A DNA stretch of 64,000 bases, taken from the NCBI RefSeq assembly GCF_009914755.1, contig NC_060925.1; one strand, given 5' to 3'. Origin of the DNA: the human T2T-CHM13v2.0 reference genome, Homo sapiens. The notes under the pieces were generated by a model. It searched no databases and was not told the origin of the DNA. It saw nothing but the letters and a program-made list of their open reading frames with translations. Of this stretch, positions 33,149-51,485 are shown in pieces; position 1 is the stretch's first letter; each line of letters begins with the position of its first letter. Both the position numbers and the translations under genes were made by a program.

Positions 33149-34783
33149 TTACTTAATTTTAAGAAGAATGAGAATAAAGACCACATCTTTTTGTTCTTTG
33201 CTGTATCATTCATGCCTAAGCATTTTCTAAAGATTTATTAAATAAATCATTGACATTCCAGGCTGTAGGTTGGATTTGGGTCTGTTACCAGCATCGTATT
33301 GTTCTAGGACCAAGGCTGAAAGAGCAGCTTCTGTCAGGATACAGCCTTCTTAGGGTAGAAAGCACTGGAGCAGAGAAGGTCAATCTGAACCTTGTAATCA
33401 CAACAAACACTTCTATTCAGAAGTTGGATACAGCACATACTACTGATGTTCCATTTCCCAAAGCAAATCATACGACCAAGCCTGACCAGGAGATACGGGA
33501 TTTCATAGGGTAGGGATTGAAGAAATGTGAATAGTCATACAGTCCCTGGAATCCTATATCAACGAAAGTTGGGAGGTCTTCACGAAGCTTCCATGGGAAG
33601 TTTTTAGATGGCAGTGGTCTGGAGGAGAGTTTCAGACATTAAGTCCTAGTTACTACAAATTTAGTGTTACACAACTGCAAGTTTCCTTAAAGATTATATG
33701 TACTTCTGTTGTGGATGATGTTGTTTTCAGTAAATTTAAATATATTAAAGGAGCTCAACTTTAAAGAAAGAAAAATCTGATGAAATGGAGAATCCTTGTG
33801 AAATGCAAATATCCTTCTCTGAAATGAGTGTTTAACAGTATGTGTCCAGAGGATACCATGTTTTCCTAAAGCAGGGCATGCGCCATCTTGATTTTAAAAG
33901 CAAAATAAAATTCAAATGAAGAAAAGAGAAGGAGCGTGACTGATTAAGAAATTATCAGACATATTCTAATTTAGGCTGATTCCAGAAGGTCTTCATTTTT
34001 TCAATCTGCTTCCTAAGTATTTTTATGAGTAAGCCTGTCCCTTCTTGCTAGAGACACTTAGTTTTCATTCAAGCACTGGTTTCATCCCAGATAAATGAAA
34101 AGCAGTAAATATATATATATACTGCCCCTGACATATTTACCATGAGGAGGGAGGGCAGGAGGAGAAGGGAACGAGAACATCTGTTCCAAAGCAAACTGCC
34201 AGATTCATGGCAAAGAGTGTTTGGCTGGTGTACCCCATCTATCAGAAAGCTGCCTCCCGCACCAGGGTCAGCATTCCATTTCATCTTCTTGGGATGGGGA
34301 GAGAAAATGTAGCTCAGGACTTTACACAGATAATTTGAAAAATGTTTTTAGAAAAAGTGGATAATGCATAGCCAACTATAATAAATTTCCTAGTAATGGC
34401 AAGATTTTCAAAGTGTTCTTCAAATACATATAACTTATGTGACCTACATACTAGCTTCTAGATTGCAACTGTAATACTTTGCTAGGTAATCATGGAATTG
34501 ATTTAGGAAAAATGGAGTTGAATTTTTCCACAAGTTACATTACACTCTGGGAAATGATTTTGCAAGGACAGATAACAACAGAATCTGGACACCTGGCGTC
34601 CACAAAACGGGACTGAGAACACAGTCTTTGGGGCGCAATGTTAGCTACAGAAAATCTAGACGTGAAAAATGACCTGTTTCTGCCTACCTGTACTTAGCAT
34701 TATGAGCAAAAAGCAGCAAAAGCTGAAGTTCCTGCCCACATTGAGGTAACAATCTAGGCAGGCAGATAAACCGTATTTCTCTC

Positions 34784-35083
<300 letters not shown>

Positions 35084-35481
35084 CTTTAAAGCATATTTCA
35101 AAACAAGTAGTAACCAAAGGTATCTGCGAAAGGCTAAAATTTATAGCCACAAATCAAAACTAAGAAAGTACAAAAATAAGGAATGGCTATGCACAGCAGA
35201 CAATAAATGTAAATGCATCAGGAAAATAGGACATAAAAGAGGTGTTCTAGAGAGAAAAGCCTTGTACTGAGCTTGAAGCTGAGATGGGGTACATGGATAA
35301 AAGTGGGGTGCAGTGGAAGGGCAGGAAGTGTCATATCTGAAAGGATAGAATACTGTGGCGAAATACGTGAGTTATTAGAAGCATGCTATGTCACTTATAC
35401 TCAGACACTGGTGACCTGGTAACCCTGCGCAAATCATTTACGCTATTTGGTCTTCAGTTTCTTCATCTATAAAATGGGAAT

Positions 35482-35583
35482 AGCCAGGCACAGTGAAGCG
35501 CTGAGGTAGGAGGATCACTCAAGCCCAGGAACTCAAGACCAGCCTGGGCAACATATTGAGACCCCGTCTTTATTTAAAAAAAT
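35482..35583 (+). mobile_element. FLAM monomer with internal deletion, inside a MIR
   Basis: Left-monomer sequence; TSD AAAATG(G/A)GAATA. Confidence 0.8.
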
Positions 35584-36635
35584 GAGAATAAACAAACCCA
35601 TCAGCCATCTCACCAGAAGATGCTATCAATAGCACCCTGTATGGGAATCCCCTTATCAGAATTGACATTCCCATTATTTCTGGGAATGCTAGGCTCCACG
35701 AGAAGGTCATGGTCATATTCACTGCTCCCCCTCCACTGCCTATCAGAATGCCCAGCACATAACAAGGGTTCAATGAATATGGGTTAAATGAAGCCAGAAA
35801 AAGGCACTCTAACACACAGGGGCAATGGTTTATTTTCATACTGCCATCATTGTCTGATACAATCTTACTCATGCAAGTATAGTTTACCTATTCCTTCCTC
35901 AGATGAAACTGATACCAACAAACTCCTCACAACATGTTTCTTCATATGTAAAAAGCAGAGAAGAAATAATCAATAATAACAGTGATAACACTGCTGAGCA
36001 CCCGTGGCTGGACTCTGCTCAGTGTTTGCATTATTGCTGCTCATGAGAGTGAAGATAAGTGTTTGTAATCCCTTCTCTACAGCTAATGCCTTCCCTTACT
36101 CCCTCTTATTTTCCATTTATTTTACAATCCCTCTCAATCTGGCTCCTGCCCCACCCCACTATGCTCTACTGATAATGTTACTATGTCTCTTCTAAACACT
36201 AAATCTAATGGCTCTGATTAGCCATCAGTTTGCCTGAGGTCCCATAACACAGTTCTCCTCTCACATTTTTTTCTGACTAAACTGAGCTGATGCAATGACT
36301 TCTAAAACCTGACTGATATTCAGATGATCCAAGTCCTTTATCTGCCCTTATTACACAGGAAATTTCAAAATACGCCCAGATTTTTTCTCTGGCCACCTGA
36401 AATTTCATATGTGTAAAACTGAGTTTATAATCCCACCTTCTCCTTTTCCCAAACTTATTCCAAATTTCCTTGCTCCCTCATAGAAAAAAAAAAAATCAGC
36501 GTGATTTTGTCACCCTAATACTTCAAATCCACTGAGATATCAAGTTTTATCCATATCACCTGAGAAGTATCTCCCAAATTGGGTTTCCTCTCTGGGGTCC
36601 ACTGTCATGGCCTTCGTTTAGAAACTAATTGCTCA

Positions 36636-38586
<1,951 letters not shown>

Positions 38587-38704
38587 TAAGTATATATGTG
38601 AGGCAAATCTCCTCAGCTTAAAACAGGAAATGCAATATAAGCAATAATTAAGAAGTACATTTTTATAGCTTACACAAATCTATTCTTAGATCATTGGGGC
38701 AGAG

Positions 38705-39120
38705 ACTAATTGTTGACCAAATCTATTTCTTTTTCTTGGGAACATTGTTAGGCTGCATTTCCCAGCCTTCTGGGTAGTTATATGCCAGAGTTCCAGCCAA
38801 TGGCATGTGAGCAGAAGTGATGTGCGCCACCACCAGGCCTAGCCAGTAAGAACTTTTCCATGCCCAACCCACCATGCTTTTTACCCATCCACAGATTGGC
38901 TTGCTGAAGGTAGTAAGCACCTTGGAAGCAACACATTGAAGGACACAAAGCCAAAGATGGAAGGAGCCTAAGTTCCTGAATCACCACTTAGAGAAAAGCC
39001 ACTTTCCAATCAAGAAAACTCATCTCAAACTTTATCTGAGCAAGAAATAAACGTCTATTTTATAAACTCACTGATATTTTGAGTTTTATATGTCACAACA
39101 GCTAGAATTACCTTGATCAA
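38705..39120 (+). mobile_element. Old MLT1 MaLR LTR
   Basis: CATTTCCCAGCC...GCCAATGGCATGTGAGCAGAAGTGATGTG...GAGCAAGAAATAAAC. Confidence 0.75.
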
Positions 39121-41329
39121 CACATAATTATGAATTAGAATTGTTATTATCAGTATATTATGTCATTCATTTGGGGGATCAAAAGTCTCAAGGATACTGT
39201 AGAAAGTTTCTAGAGTAACTCCAGAAGATATCAACAGTAATATTTTACTAATAACAAAATTATTAATATAACCAAATAATATTGTCACCTTGGTGCATTT
39301 CTTTATATTTTCATCAGGAGTTGCATCATGTCTTCCAAACTATCTACATTATTGTGTGTCAGATATATTAACAAGCATCAAGTCTTGTAAAGGTTTGTTC
39401 TACCATGATTCAATTTAATATCATGTTAAATCTAGGAACAGTGAAAAGCACAATGGTGGCAGATGGGAACGTGAAAAGCTTTCTAGTTCATCTTAATACT
39501 TTTGAATCAGCAGGTCTTAAACTCTTGGAAATTTTACAAAGCAGAAACTCCGCCATCCCATATGGAAAGCTAATTGCTTTCCTTTTTAACGTATTTATTC
39601 TTAGACCAGTCTGTGCATCATCTGGAGCAGACTGATGATTAGCTGACAAAATTGTTTTATCTTGCCTACTGGCACCAACAGACAGCAGAGAGCCTTTGAA
39701 AGATGACTTTAACTGCCACTGCACACCAGAAACGGATGTGTGCTTGCAAAGACAGCTGTCTTTTTCACCATTCTTTTCCCCCATTTTAATAGTCAGATAT
39801 GATTAACAGAATTTCTTCAATGTTCTTGATAAATAGTGTTTCTCTGGTCTACATAGCAAAAATATGAGCTGTAGAGATGGTAGGACCAGGGAGGTTAAAA
39901 AAATTGTAACCAGACTGAAACAGAGCTGATTCCCTTATGAGCTTAAGAGCTAAAATGGTGGAAGTTTCACCCTAGAGAATTTCCAGAAACTTCCAAATAC
40001 ACTCCTGTGATATTTTTTCTATCCACTTATTGTCTTCATTTTAAGCAAGCACACTGAATTCTAACAGACTGTTAGGGAAAAGTAGGTATGCTGAAACCTC
40101 CTCCAAGAAACAACTATTTTAGACTCTTTGATACAGTGAGCGTTTAAAATAAATGAAAATACACTTCACTGAAATCTGGTGGATGAGAGAAACAAAAGCC
40201 AAAATCACTTCCTATTTTGCCTTCAACTGCCTTGGCTTATAATCCAATTGTAGAGTCTCACAGTTTTGTTCTATATGAGGAAATATTTATCCTCTGGCTA
40301 GAAAAAGAGCTCAACCACCCTTCCAATATTTATTCTAAAACAGAAATTGTTTTACTAGGTACAGAGTTACCAGTGAACAGTTGTTGAAAAAAGGGATGGG
40401 AACTTCAGCCCTGCTGTAGAAACTCCTTAAACTGGCTAACCAGACAAGTCTCCTGTCTTTGCAAAATGTCAGGTTATCTTTCAAATTCACGAGCATAATG
40501 CATGACCTCAATTAGCTCAGCTCCCAGCTGCAGGTTATCTATTCATCAAATGTCACAGTTAACCTAAGCAGCTGCTTCCATAACCCAAAGCTCCCTACCC
40601 TATATTTTTTTCAGTACTTTGTAATCTCATATTGTAATTCTATACCAAAGAAGAAGAAGAAAAAAAAAACCTTGTAGAACCAACCCTTAATTGTACTGAT
40701 TTTATGGTTAGAAGAAACAGCACAGGAGATAAAGGAACAAGAAGGGAAGAAGTCACGATGATAAAAATTTACTCTAGTGAAACAAATGGAAAAATATTTA
40801 AGCATGACAAAGAAATCACAAAATTGTTCCTTTAGTTAGGGTCAGCAGTCATTGCCCTCGGTGATGAATGTTGAGGCTTCCAGGCAAAGGTTCTCAGCTC
40901 TGTCTCAGGCACAGACCGTCCATCTCCTCTAAAGATGGATGTGGCCCTGTCAGGCTGGATGACATTTCACAGTCCCTTCAAGCCTCATGATGCCATGGTT
41001 CTGTGAACAGCGAGCTACAGTTCAAAGTTGAATGACCACGAAAAAGTCATCTGATGAGAAATCGGAATGCCACGAATAATATTGAAATGAAAAGGAAAGC
41101 TTGATCTTGAAAAAGTTCCAATAACCCTCAAAGCCAAACAGAATTTCCCTGGATGTTGGTCCAACTTTAACATCTGCCAAAGAGCAATTTAACTTCAGTT
41201 TGGCAAAACACTTGTGCATTTAACTCAGGAGCAAGAATGCAAGCTTACCGGGAATAATTTAACCCACAAGAAAGCAAATTAGCAACCTAAGTTTAATTGT
41301 GGGGACTGTAATTAACAATAGAAATAATC

Positions 41330-41483
41330 TTTTTAAAATTTTTTTTAATTTTTAATACTTTTCTTAGAGACAAGGTCCTGCCATGTTGCAAAGGCTGGTC
41401 TCGAACTCCAGGCCTTAAGTGATTCTCCTGCCTCAGCCTCCCAAAGTGCTGGGATTACAGGCATGAGCCACAACACCCGGGCT
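41330..41483 (-). mobile_element. FLAM monomer
   Basis: Single antisense left monomer with T-rich tail. Confidence 0.82.
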
Positions 41484-42102
41484 TGGAAATGCTCTTTATG
41501 CATTTATCAACATGGCTGCAGCTATCCATAACAACCCAGGAAAACTGCATGAAATATTTTAATTGGCTTTCTGACTGATTACCATTTTTACTTCTTATCA
41601 TGAGTACATTCCCAGTGGCATCTAAATCATTGCTTCCTTTCTGTATTCAAGACTAATCACTCCTTCTGTGGGTTTAAATCACCATGAGAATCTGGCCATA
41701 AAGTAAAAGGAGAAACCTGAATTTATGGATTATAACGTTCATTGACTCTACTCCTCCTTCAAGCAAACAAAATTTATAGATGCAATAAGAAACGAAAATA
41801 TCTATGATACAAATGTAATTTTCTTCCTAGGGAAAACTCAGAATTCATTTTTAGGTCATTTTTTTGTAGCCAACTCATGCCCCCCCAACACAGACATACA
41901 AAATTATTCTACTGTCTAGCTTGACCACGGAAAGCATTAGCCATGCATCAGGCCAAGCTGCATAGACATTTTTTAGTGGCCTCTTTGCCACCTTAGGCTG
42001 CACGAGTCTTTAAGGGGCCAGGAATCCCAAAACACCACTAGAATTCCATGTAATTTCCTCAAGCTCCTGCATGGATGTCGGGCCTAGCACATAGCATCTC
42101 AG

Positions 42103-42487
42103 TGTCTCAGTCTGTTTGGGTTGTCATAACAAAGTACCATAGACTGACTGGCTTAAACAACAGAAATTTATTTCTCATAGTTCTGGAGGCTGGGAAGTTC
42201 AAGATCAGGGAGCTGACTGGTCTGGTTCCTCAGTGAGGGCCCACTTCTGGGCTTGCAAAGGGCCACCTTCTCAGTAAGTCCTCAGTGAATCCATGGCAGA
42301 GAGACAAAGAGCTCTGGTCTCTCTTCCTCCTCTTGTAAGAGCACTAATCCCATCTTGGGGGCCCCACCCTCATGACATCATCTAAAGCTAATTACCTCTC
42401 AAAGGACACACCTCCAAAGAGCATCACACCAAGCTTAGGGTTTCAGTATATATATTCTTGGTGGACACACACATTCCATCCATAACA
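42103..42487 (-). mobile_element. MLT1A-like MaLR solo LTR
   Basis: TGTCTCAGTC...GGCTTAAACAACAGAAATTTATTTCTCA...CCATAACA; TSD CTCAG/CCCAG. Confidence 0.85.
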
Positions 42488-42999
42488 CCCAGAAGTGAGC
42501 ATGAATAGCCCATGTGCTTGCCATCCACCCCTTACTCCTACTCCTAGTGGTGGGCTGGTTTCCCTATGTTGGCTATCTGTCCCTTCCAACAATGAAGTCC
42601 CTGTCCTAAACTGCCCAGGACCCAAAGCCCTCCCTTCTACCTGCTGGTTCTCCTCCTCTGACTGCAGCCCAACCCTCAATTGGGAGCAGACATCACTCAC
42701 AGGCACATGTCTAACTTGCTAGCTCACAGCTTTGAGTTTAATGGTAGGCTCCTCATCATTGAGCTCTATGCAAGCATCAGGGCTAGATGAAGTCTGAACA
42801 TGTCTGGATGCACAAGCACCATGCCCCACGCCTGTCCTGCAGCGCCTCCTGAGTGAGCATCTCGAGTTCTGTCAACGTTTAGTTTTCATCACCTGTCTGC
42901 TTCGGGAGGCAGGAAGTATTCCTGAACCCAGCATCTCCTCTGGCCTTGTCTTCCCTGAAGCTGACCACATGCCTCATGTCCAAGCCTCAGGTGAAAAAT

Positions 43000-43175
43000 C
43001 GTGGTGAAATACACGTAACATAAAATATACCATTTTAACTGTTTCTAAGTGTACAATTTAGTGTCATTAAGAACATTCACGCTGTTGCATAACCATCACT
43101 CCCACCCAGAACTCATTTTGTCATGCAAAACTGGAACTCTGCATGCATTGAACAATAATTCTCCATTTCCCCCTT
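43000..43175 (-). mobile_element. L1MB-like 3' end fragment
   Basis: ACATAAAATATACCATTTTAAC...AAGTGTACAATTTAGTG motif. Confidence 0.75.
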
Positions 43176-45469
43176 TCTTCAAAGAAACAGTTTTGGTGTA
43201 AAACTTGCTGCATAAAATAAGCCTGGGTCAACCCAGAGGCTTTAAAGAACACAGATATCTGTTAAGGTGCTTGGTCAACATGATCTCTTTTAAAGGATAA
43301 AAAAGGCCACCATGGATAATCTTTTCTAGCGACTGAGGATAAGAGATGAATCGGTTCCACATGATAGATTTAATTACTATCATCCACATCATTCTGCCTA
43401 AGCTCTTCCTATTTCACTCTCGCTTGCCTCTCAAACGATAAAATATGTGGTGCATGTGACGCTTGCTCTTGGTACACCATGATCCTGCTATATTTCTCAT
43501 CCACGGCTTATTTACACATCTTCTTTTAACTACTTTAAGGGGAAACAAATACAACAGGAAGAGCAATAACATTTTTCAACTCTGTCACCTGCCAGATTTA
43601 ATTGTGTAAACAAGGTAATAGAAATTTAAGTCACATATATGTGAATAGTCAAGCATCTGGTTATTTTGGAGAGAACCACTGTCCCTTCATCTGTGTTAAC
43701 TCTGACTCCAAAAGCTCTAGAAAACCAGATGTCCTAAGTACTCTGTTTTTACTCTGTGCCAGAGAAAATTAGGCCACTAAGTCATAACTGTGTAAGAAGA
43801 TTATAAAGTTAGAGAAGGTCTCTGCACTGTTGTTCACTTAAGTATCCTAATCCTACCGTAAGAGGTAAGTCAATGACAGTCACAGGAATCCTACAAGGGA
43901 ATCTGAGAAGCCACCTGTTCTGCTCACCCACAAGCTAAAGTGACATCATCCAGCATCACCAGCCACAGGAAAGGGGGCACAACGGTAGTGGAAGTCAGGG
44001 GCGGTGGTTCATGGAATGATGAAAGTGATAAAACTACATGTTCTAATTAGTGCTGCATTGTGACTGATAAAGTTTTACTGGGCACCCATTTACTGTGTAT
44101 AATGAACTATGGGCAATTACAGTACTTATTTTTACAGCATATTTTTGTTTTCTTTTACACTTTTCACCAAGACTCCAGAAACTACTGGGTAGGATAGGAA
44201 GAAGGACACGGAATAGCATCAATAGGAAATTCGGACACTACCAAGGATAAAATATTAGAAGGAAGGTATTCATTCCTATTGGAAATCAAAGGAGAAAACG
44301 AGCTTAGACAAGGCTACAGGCGAGGCTGCCAACGTAGGGGACACTCCTTGTGAAGTCTAATGGACCACACTGTAATATGGGAGGGGCCTTCATTCACACC
44401 TCTGTGTGGTCTCTGTCCCTGCTCAATGCTCATAAATGGAAGGTGTGTCTTTAGAAATCTGTCGTCTAAAGCTGGGGCTTAAAGCCACTGACAGATTTCT
44501 GAGACCTTTATCCACAAGACACACGGGTTTAAGTACAACCACACAGGAGCAAATGAAATTCTCCTCTTTATCCAAGACAAGCCCTGGAAGACTCCCCTGG
44601 CATAAAGCCTAGGAGGCTGTAGAGTGTTGGAGGTCACATGGGTAGGCACCATCACCACCCTCTTGGGCATTTTTGTCCATTTTTCCCAATTAGATTTGTG
44701 ATGTGGGAAGGCCAAATGGAAAACCACAGGGGAAAAGCTACAGGAAGAAAAACAAAAAGAAAAAAAAAGCCAAAGAGACAAAAGGCAGACTTTCACAGGA
44801 AAATGTGGCCATTTAAAATGAGACCAAGAGATACAGAGATGGAATTTTTCGGATTTAAAATCACCCTCAGAATCCTGCCAGCTTGACATGGTGCCTCTCT
44901 CGTTCCCATGTCAAAGTTTCTGTGGCAGATGGCAAGGAGCACAATGACCCAAAAATGTCAACCCTGTTTTCTTATAATAAAGAGAAGCTATTGAAAATAC
45001 ACAAAACCGTAGAGGGGAAAAAAAGCAAAAAGGAACTGTCTGAGAGCCTGTATTCTGCAGGAATGGGGCAATACATTCTGGTCCCCTGAAGTTCTGATTC
45101 TTTCATAAACATAGCTTATGTTCAACAAGGCTCAATAGAGGGTTTTCAAGTAAAATTTTCTTAAAATTGTTCAGTTGGTTTGTTTTGGGGGAAGATGTTC
45201 CATGCACATTGCAAAAACCACACAAGTATTAAATATATAGTGAAAAGTAGGTGTCTCTGTCTCACCCTTGAAAGAATTCTCCTCTCAGGACAGCCATTCC
45301 TGCCAGGCTTTTGTACAATCCTGGGAACTCATTTAATCTTAGGATAGAGAAATAGACATGTTTGTGCTGGCTCCCTTTTTATGCAAATACAGCAATCTAA
45401 ACATATTGTTTCGCACCTTATTTTTTCCACTTAATATATTGAGGATATTGTTCTGTAGTTATTCATCTA

Positions 45470-46813
<1,344 letters not shown>

Positions 46814-46980
46814 TTTAATTTTACTTATTAAAGTTCAGGGTACATGTGAAGATGTGCAGGTTTGTTACATAGGTAAACATTTACCATGGTGGTTTGCAGC
46901 ATCTATCAACCCATCACCTAAGTATTAAGCCCGTATGCATTAGCTATTTTTCCTGATGCTCTCCCCTCCTCACTCCCCAG
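46814..46980 (-). mobile_element. L1PA 3' stub
   Basis: AAGTTCAGGGTACATGTG...GTTTGTTACATAGGTAAAC; outer TSD CCCTTGTTTT (46537, 46981). Confidence 0.88.
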
Positions 46981-47074
46981 CCCTTGTTTTTTTTTTAAAC
47001 AGCTGCACAGTAAGCTGTTCATATTAAATTGAAATGAAGATAACTGCTTTGACAAAAAGTCTGAACACACAGTA

Positions 47075-47730
47075 CAGTTAGTCAATCCAAAGTATTCATG
47101 GATTTCCTATTTGCGAATTCACCTACTTGCCAAAATTTTTTGTTACCCTAAAATTGATACTCACAAGGGCTTTGATGGTCATTTGCAATCATGTGCAGAG
47201 TGGTGAAAAATCTGAGTCCCTAGTGCATGCGCTCCCAGTTGAGGTCAAACAAGGTGACACTCTGCTCTCTCGTTTCAGCTTGGCTGCCATAATCTTTTTG
47301 TGATCTATTAGAATGCTAAAACCACAAGGCCTTAGCATCTGTGTGTTTTTTGTTGGTAATTATACTGTTTAAAATGCCCCCCAGGTGTAGCATTGAAGTG
47401 TGTATAGTGTTCCTAAATGCCAGGAGGCTGTGATGTGCCTTATGGAGAAAACATGTGTTTTAGATAAGCTTTGTTCAGGCCTAAGTTATAGCACTGTTGG
47501 CTGTGAGTTCAGTGTTAATGAATCAACAATACATATCAAATAAAGTGTCTTTAAACAGAAACACACATAAAACAAGGTTATGTATTGACCAGCTGAAAAA
47601 AATGTTGTGACCAGAGGCTTGGAGAAGCCTAGCCTTGTATTTCCTAAAAGAGCAATGGGTGAGCATCCACTAATTCAGTGATCATAGTAACTTTATGGAA
47701 TGTAACTGCTAGAGGTAATGAGAATGTACT
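47075..47730 (+). mobile_element. MER82-like (TcMar-Tigger) relic
   Basis: TATTTGCGAATTCACCTACTTGC...GAGGTCAAACAAGGTGACACTCTGC motifs. Confidence 0.75.
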
Positions 47731-49346
47731 TACTTTTAGTTCTTTTCTACCTTTGACATGGGAAGCATAAGATTAAAATTACTTTAGATAAATCATCTAC
47801 CACTACTCTATGCCTTCAAGTAGAACCTCACAGAAACCAACCCAGAAAGGTAAGCCTCTGACTTATAAAAAGTAGTAGAGAAAGAAAAAAACTCCATTCA
47901 CAAGTGCAATGACCTGCACACAGTGGATCCTCAAAAAATATCCGACAACTTTCAAAACCCATTAGAGTATCCAATAGCCTTCCCTATCAGAAAAGTATTC
48001 TTGTGTCTTACCCAAATCCCCAGTGCAAATGAAACCCCACCCCCTCTTTCTGTTCACGGTAGTAATGGAAACTTGTTGGTCACCAGCTTCTGGTGTAACA
48101 ATCCTTCAGACACTCAAATGCATATTAAATCACTCTATGCTTCTCCATTTCCAAAGTAAAATAATCCCATTTACTTTAACATTTCTTTCGTAGGTCTTAT
48201 TTTTCATCCTCTAATCATCTAAATGGCATTCATTCCACTTGGAAAGGCAATCACATCATTCTTTTTGCCCTGTTAAAAAATCCATTCAGAATTGCAATTT
48301 TCATCTCCTTGCCTCCAGAGTCCACATGCCTGTCATAAATGTTTAACTGGTAGGGTCATTTTATATCAAGATCTCCGTGAGCAACTGTTTTAATATGTAA
48401 TTGTTCTTAGAATTCACCTTTTAAAAAAAAATTTATCTTTACAACACAACTATGTTAATTATTAAAGACAATAGCTCAAATCCACAGACCCAGACAGCTT
48501 TTTATCCAAAGGACACAGACAAAAAAGTACAACTGAAGACAATCAGCCTATACATATAAGCTAATTATAAAGAGATTTGATGTTTATCGAGCTAAGTTTT
48601 TAGAATACACTCACCTTAAGGGGTTAAGGATTTGGATACAAGCTCATGTGCCATTTGCTTTAAGTTCTAGTTGGCAATGTGTCTTGTCACTGCCTTAGTG
48701 TGTAACTTATGAAAAACAAAAATCTTACAGTTTAGACCATCAAGAGGTTGCACCACGTTCTACCCACTACCACGTAAGCAAATATTTCTATTACATTTAA
48801 TATTTATTCTAAGACATTTTCTAAAAGTTAGTCTAGAAATTTAAAAGAACAAAAAGAAGCCTCTTGGAATTATGGATTTGGATTATGAGGCTAAACCATT
48901 AGACAACGTATGGTTAGACAAAGCAAGGGAGAATGGGGTATCAGGGCACCAAACCAGGAGTCCTGAAAGTTGAACCCCTTTGTCAGAGGTTTATACGTGA
49001 TCTCGATTAGTCACTTCACCTTCTGGGACCTAAGTATCCTCAGGAAGGGGAGGTACAAGATGATCTGTAAGATCTCTACTGTTTCAAAATTCTGTGCTTA
49101 AAAAGAGCACAATTAGCTGGCACTGGAGGGATACCAGTGATGGCACAAATCACACACATTTAAATCGAAAGTAACTGAGGTGGATCGGTATTATATTGGC
49201 ATGTCCCACACATGCCTCTCTTTAGGGCCTACAAAGTGACCAGCAGACTTTATGACAATGGCACCGACCGCCTGCCAAAGAAGTGATGCCCTGCGGTTCA
49301 CTCATTCTCATCCTTTACCCTCCTAGCTCTGGTCTGTAAGAATTTA

Positions 49347-49636
<290 letters not shown>

Positions 49637-50193
49637 TTTAGTTTACAAACAGCTAATAAGTACTTACTATGTGTCAGCTTCATCAATATCCTAAGTGTTT
49701 CATAAATATTAACTCATTTAATTCTCATGTCACCCTTTGAACTAGCTATGATTATAAACAAACTGAGGCATAGAGAAGTTAAGAAACGGGCCCAAGATCA
49801 CATCACACAAAGTGCTTGGCAGAGCCAAGTGCATGCTGTCATCACTGTGCTACTGTATAAGATCCGGAGTTGTTAAGCAACAAATGGTGCTATCGTAGAG
49901 AAGTATTACCTCTTCCTTTCATTTTAAAAATTTGCACTTGTTTCTACCCTTCCCATTTTTTACCTTTATGGGAGTCTAAGTTATCATTTATTCCATTGGT
50001 TGCAAAATAGTGAAGAGGGTTGCAAGAGTTTTGGGGTATTCATAGATATCCTTGATTATGGTGCCTGATACTAACAAGTAACTTTTTAAAAGTCCCTAAA
50101 CTCTCCTCTGGATGCACAAGGTATATGAGGTCCACTGGGGGTAATCTGTAGTCAGGGATGGCGTGACAGCATGTATGGTTGCTTGCACATTAG

Positions 50194-50665
<472 letters not shown>

Positions 50666-51074
50666 TTTTGGAATTTTTAACCATTTGCAGAAGTAGTATT
50701 TTGGAACAGGTTTAGAAGGGGAGTCAGGGTGCTGTCCTAGGTTTCTGCAATTTTCCTGTATCCTCCTTTAATTGATAATTAGTTTCCTACTTTCAGAGTT
50801 TAACCAACAATCCCTGTTTAGGAGTCAAAACCTATGCTTTATTCAAAGCCTAGTTCACAGCCAGCTGCCCCTTCCCCAGCTTGTTACTCTTATCACCTGT
50901 TAATTCCTTTCATTGCACTTATCTCAATATGTATATTTCTGTTTTCTTTACATGCTTATTGTTTAGTTCCCTCATGTTTGTTTACATGTTTATTTTTAGT
51001 TCCTGGATTGCCACTGTATCCCCACCACCTGGCATAGCGCTTAAGAGCTACCAGGGACTTGACAAAATTAAGGT

Positions 51075-51485
51075 ACCTCACTCACTGCTTAACAAATAGA
51101 TCAAAATGTAGAATGGCTCAAAGACAAGCAAAGTTTGTTTCTTGTTCACGCAGAGTCCAAGTCAATTGCATGTGGGGAAGGAGCCGGGGAAGGGGGCTTT
51201 GTTCAACAAGGTCATTCGGAGACCGAGGCTGATGGTTATCTTTGCCATCTTCAACTCATGGCTTCCAAGTAACCTTGGCCATTCAGGGTTTCCCATTCAT
51301 CCAGCAGAATGGGAAAAAGGCATGGAGGCACGTTCATAGGAAGTTTTTATGGGTAGGCCTGGAAGGAGCCCACATCACTTCTGCCTACATGTAGTTGGCC
51401 TGATCTCAGGCACTAGCGGGAAAATGAAGATTAGCCATGTGTCCAGGAAAAAGAGAAGGGCATAGAATCTGGTGAGCAGCTAGCG
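51075..51485 (-). mobile_element. Old MLT1 MaLR LTR
   Basis: GTCATTCGGAGACCGAGGCTGATGG...CACATCACTTCTGCC motifs. Confidence 0.7.

Noticed and set aside
44016-44067. C box (ATGATGA) and D box (CTGA) suggesting a snoRNA
   Set aside because: Too short and no terminal stem
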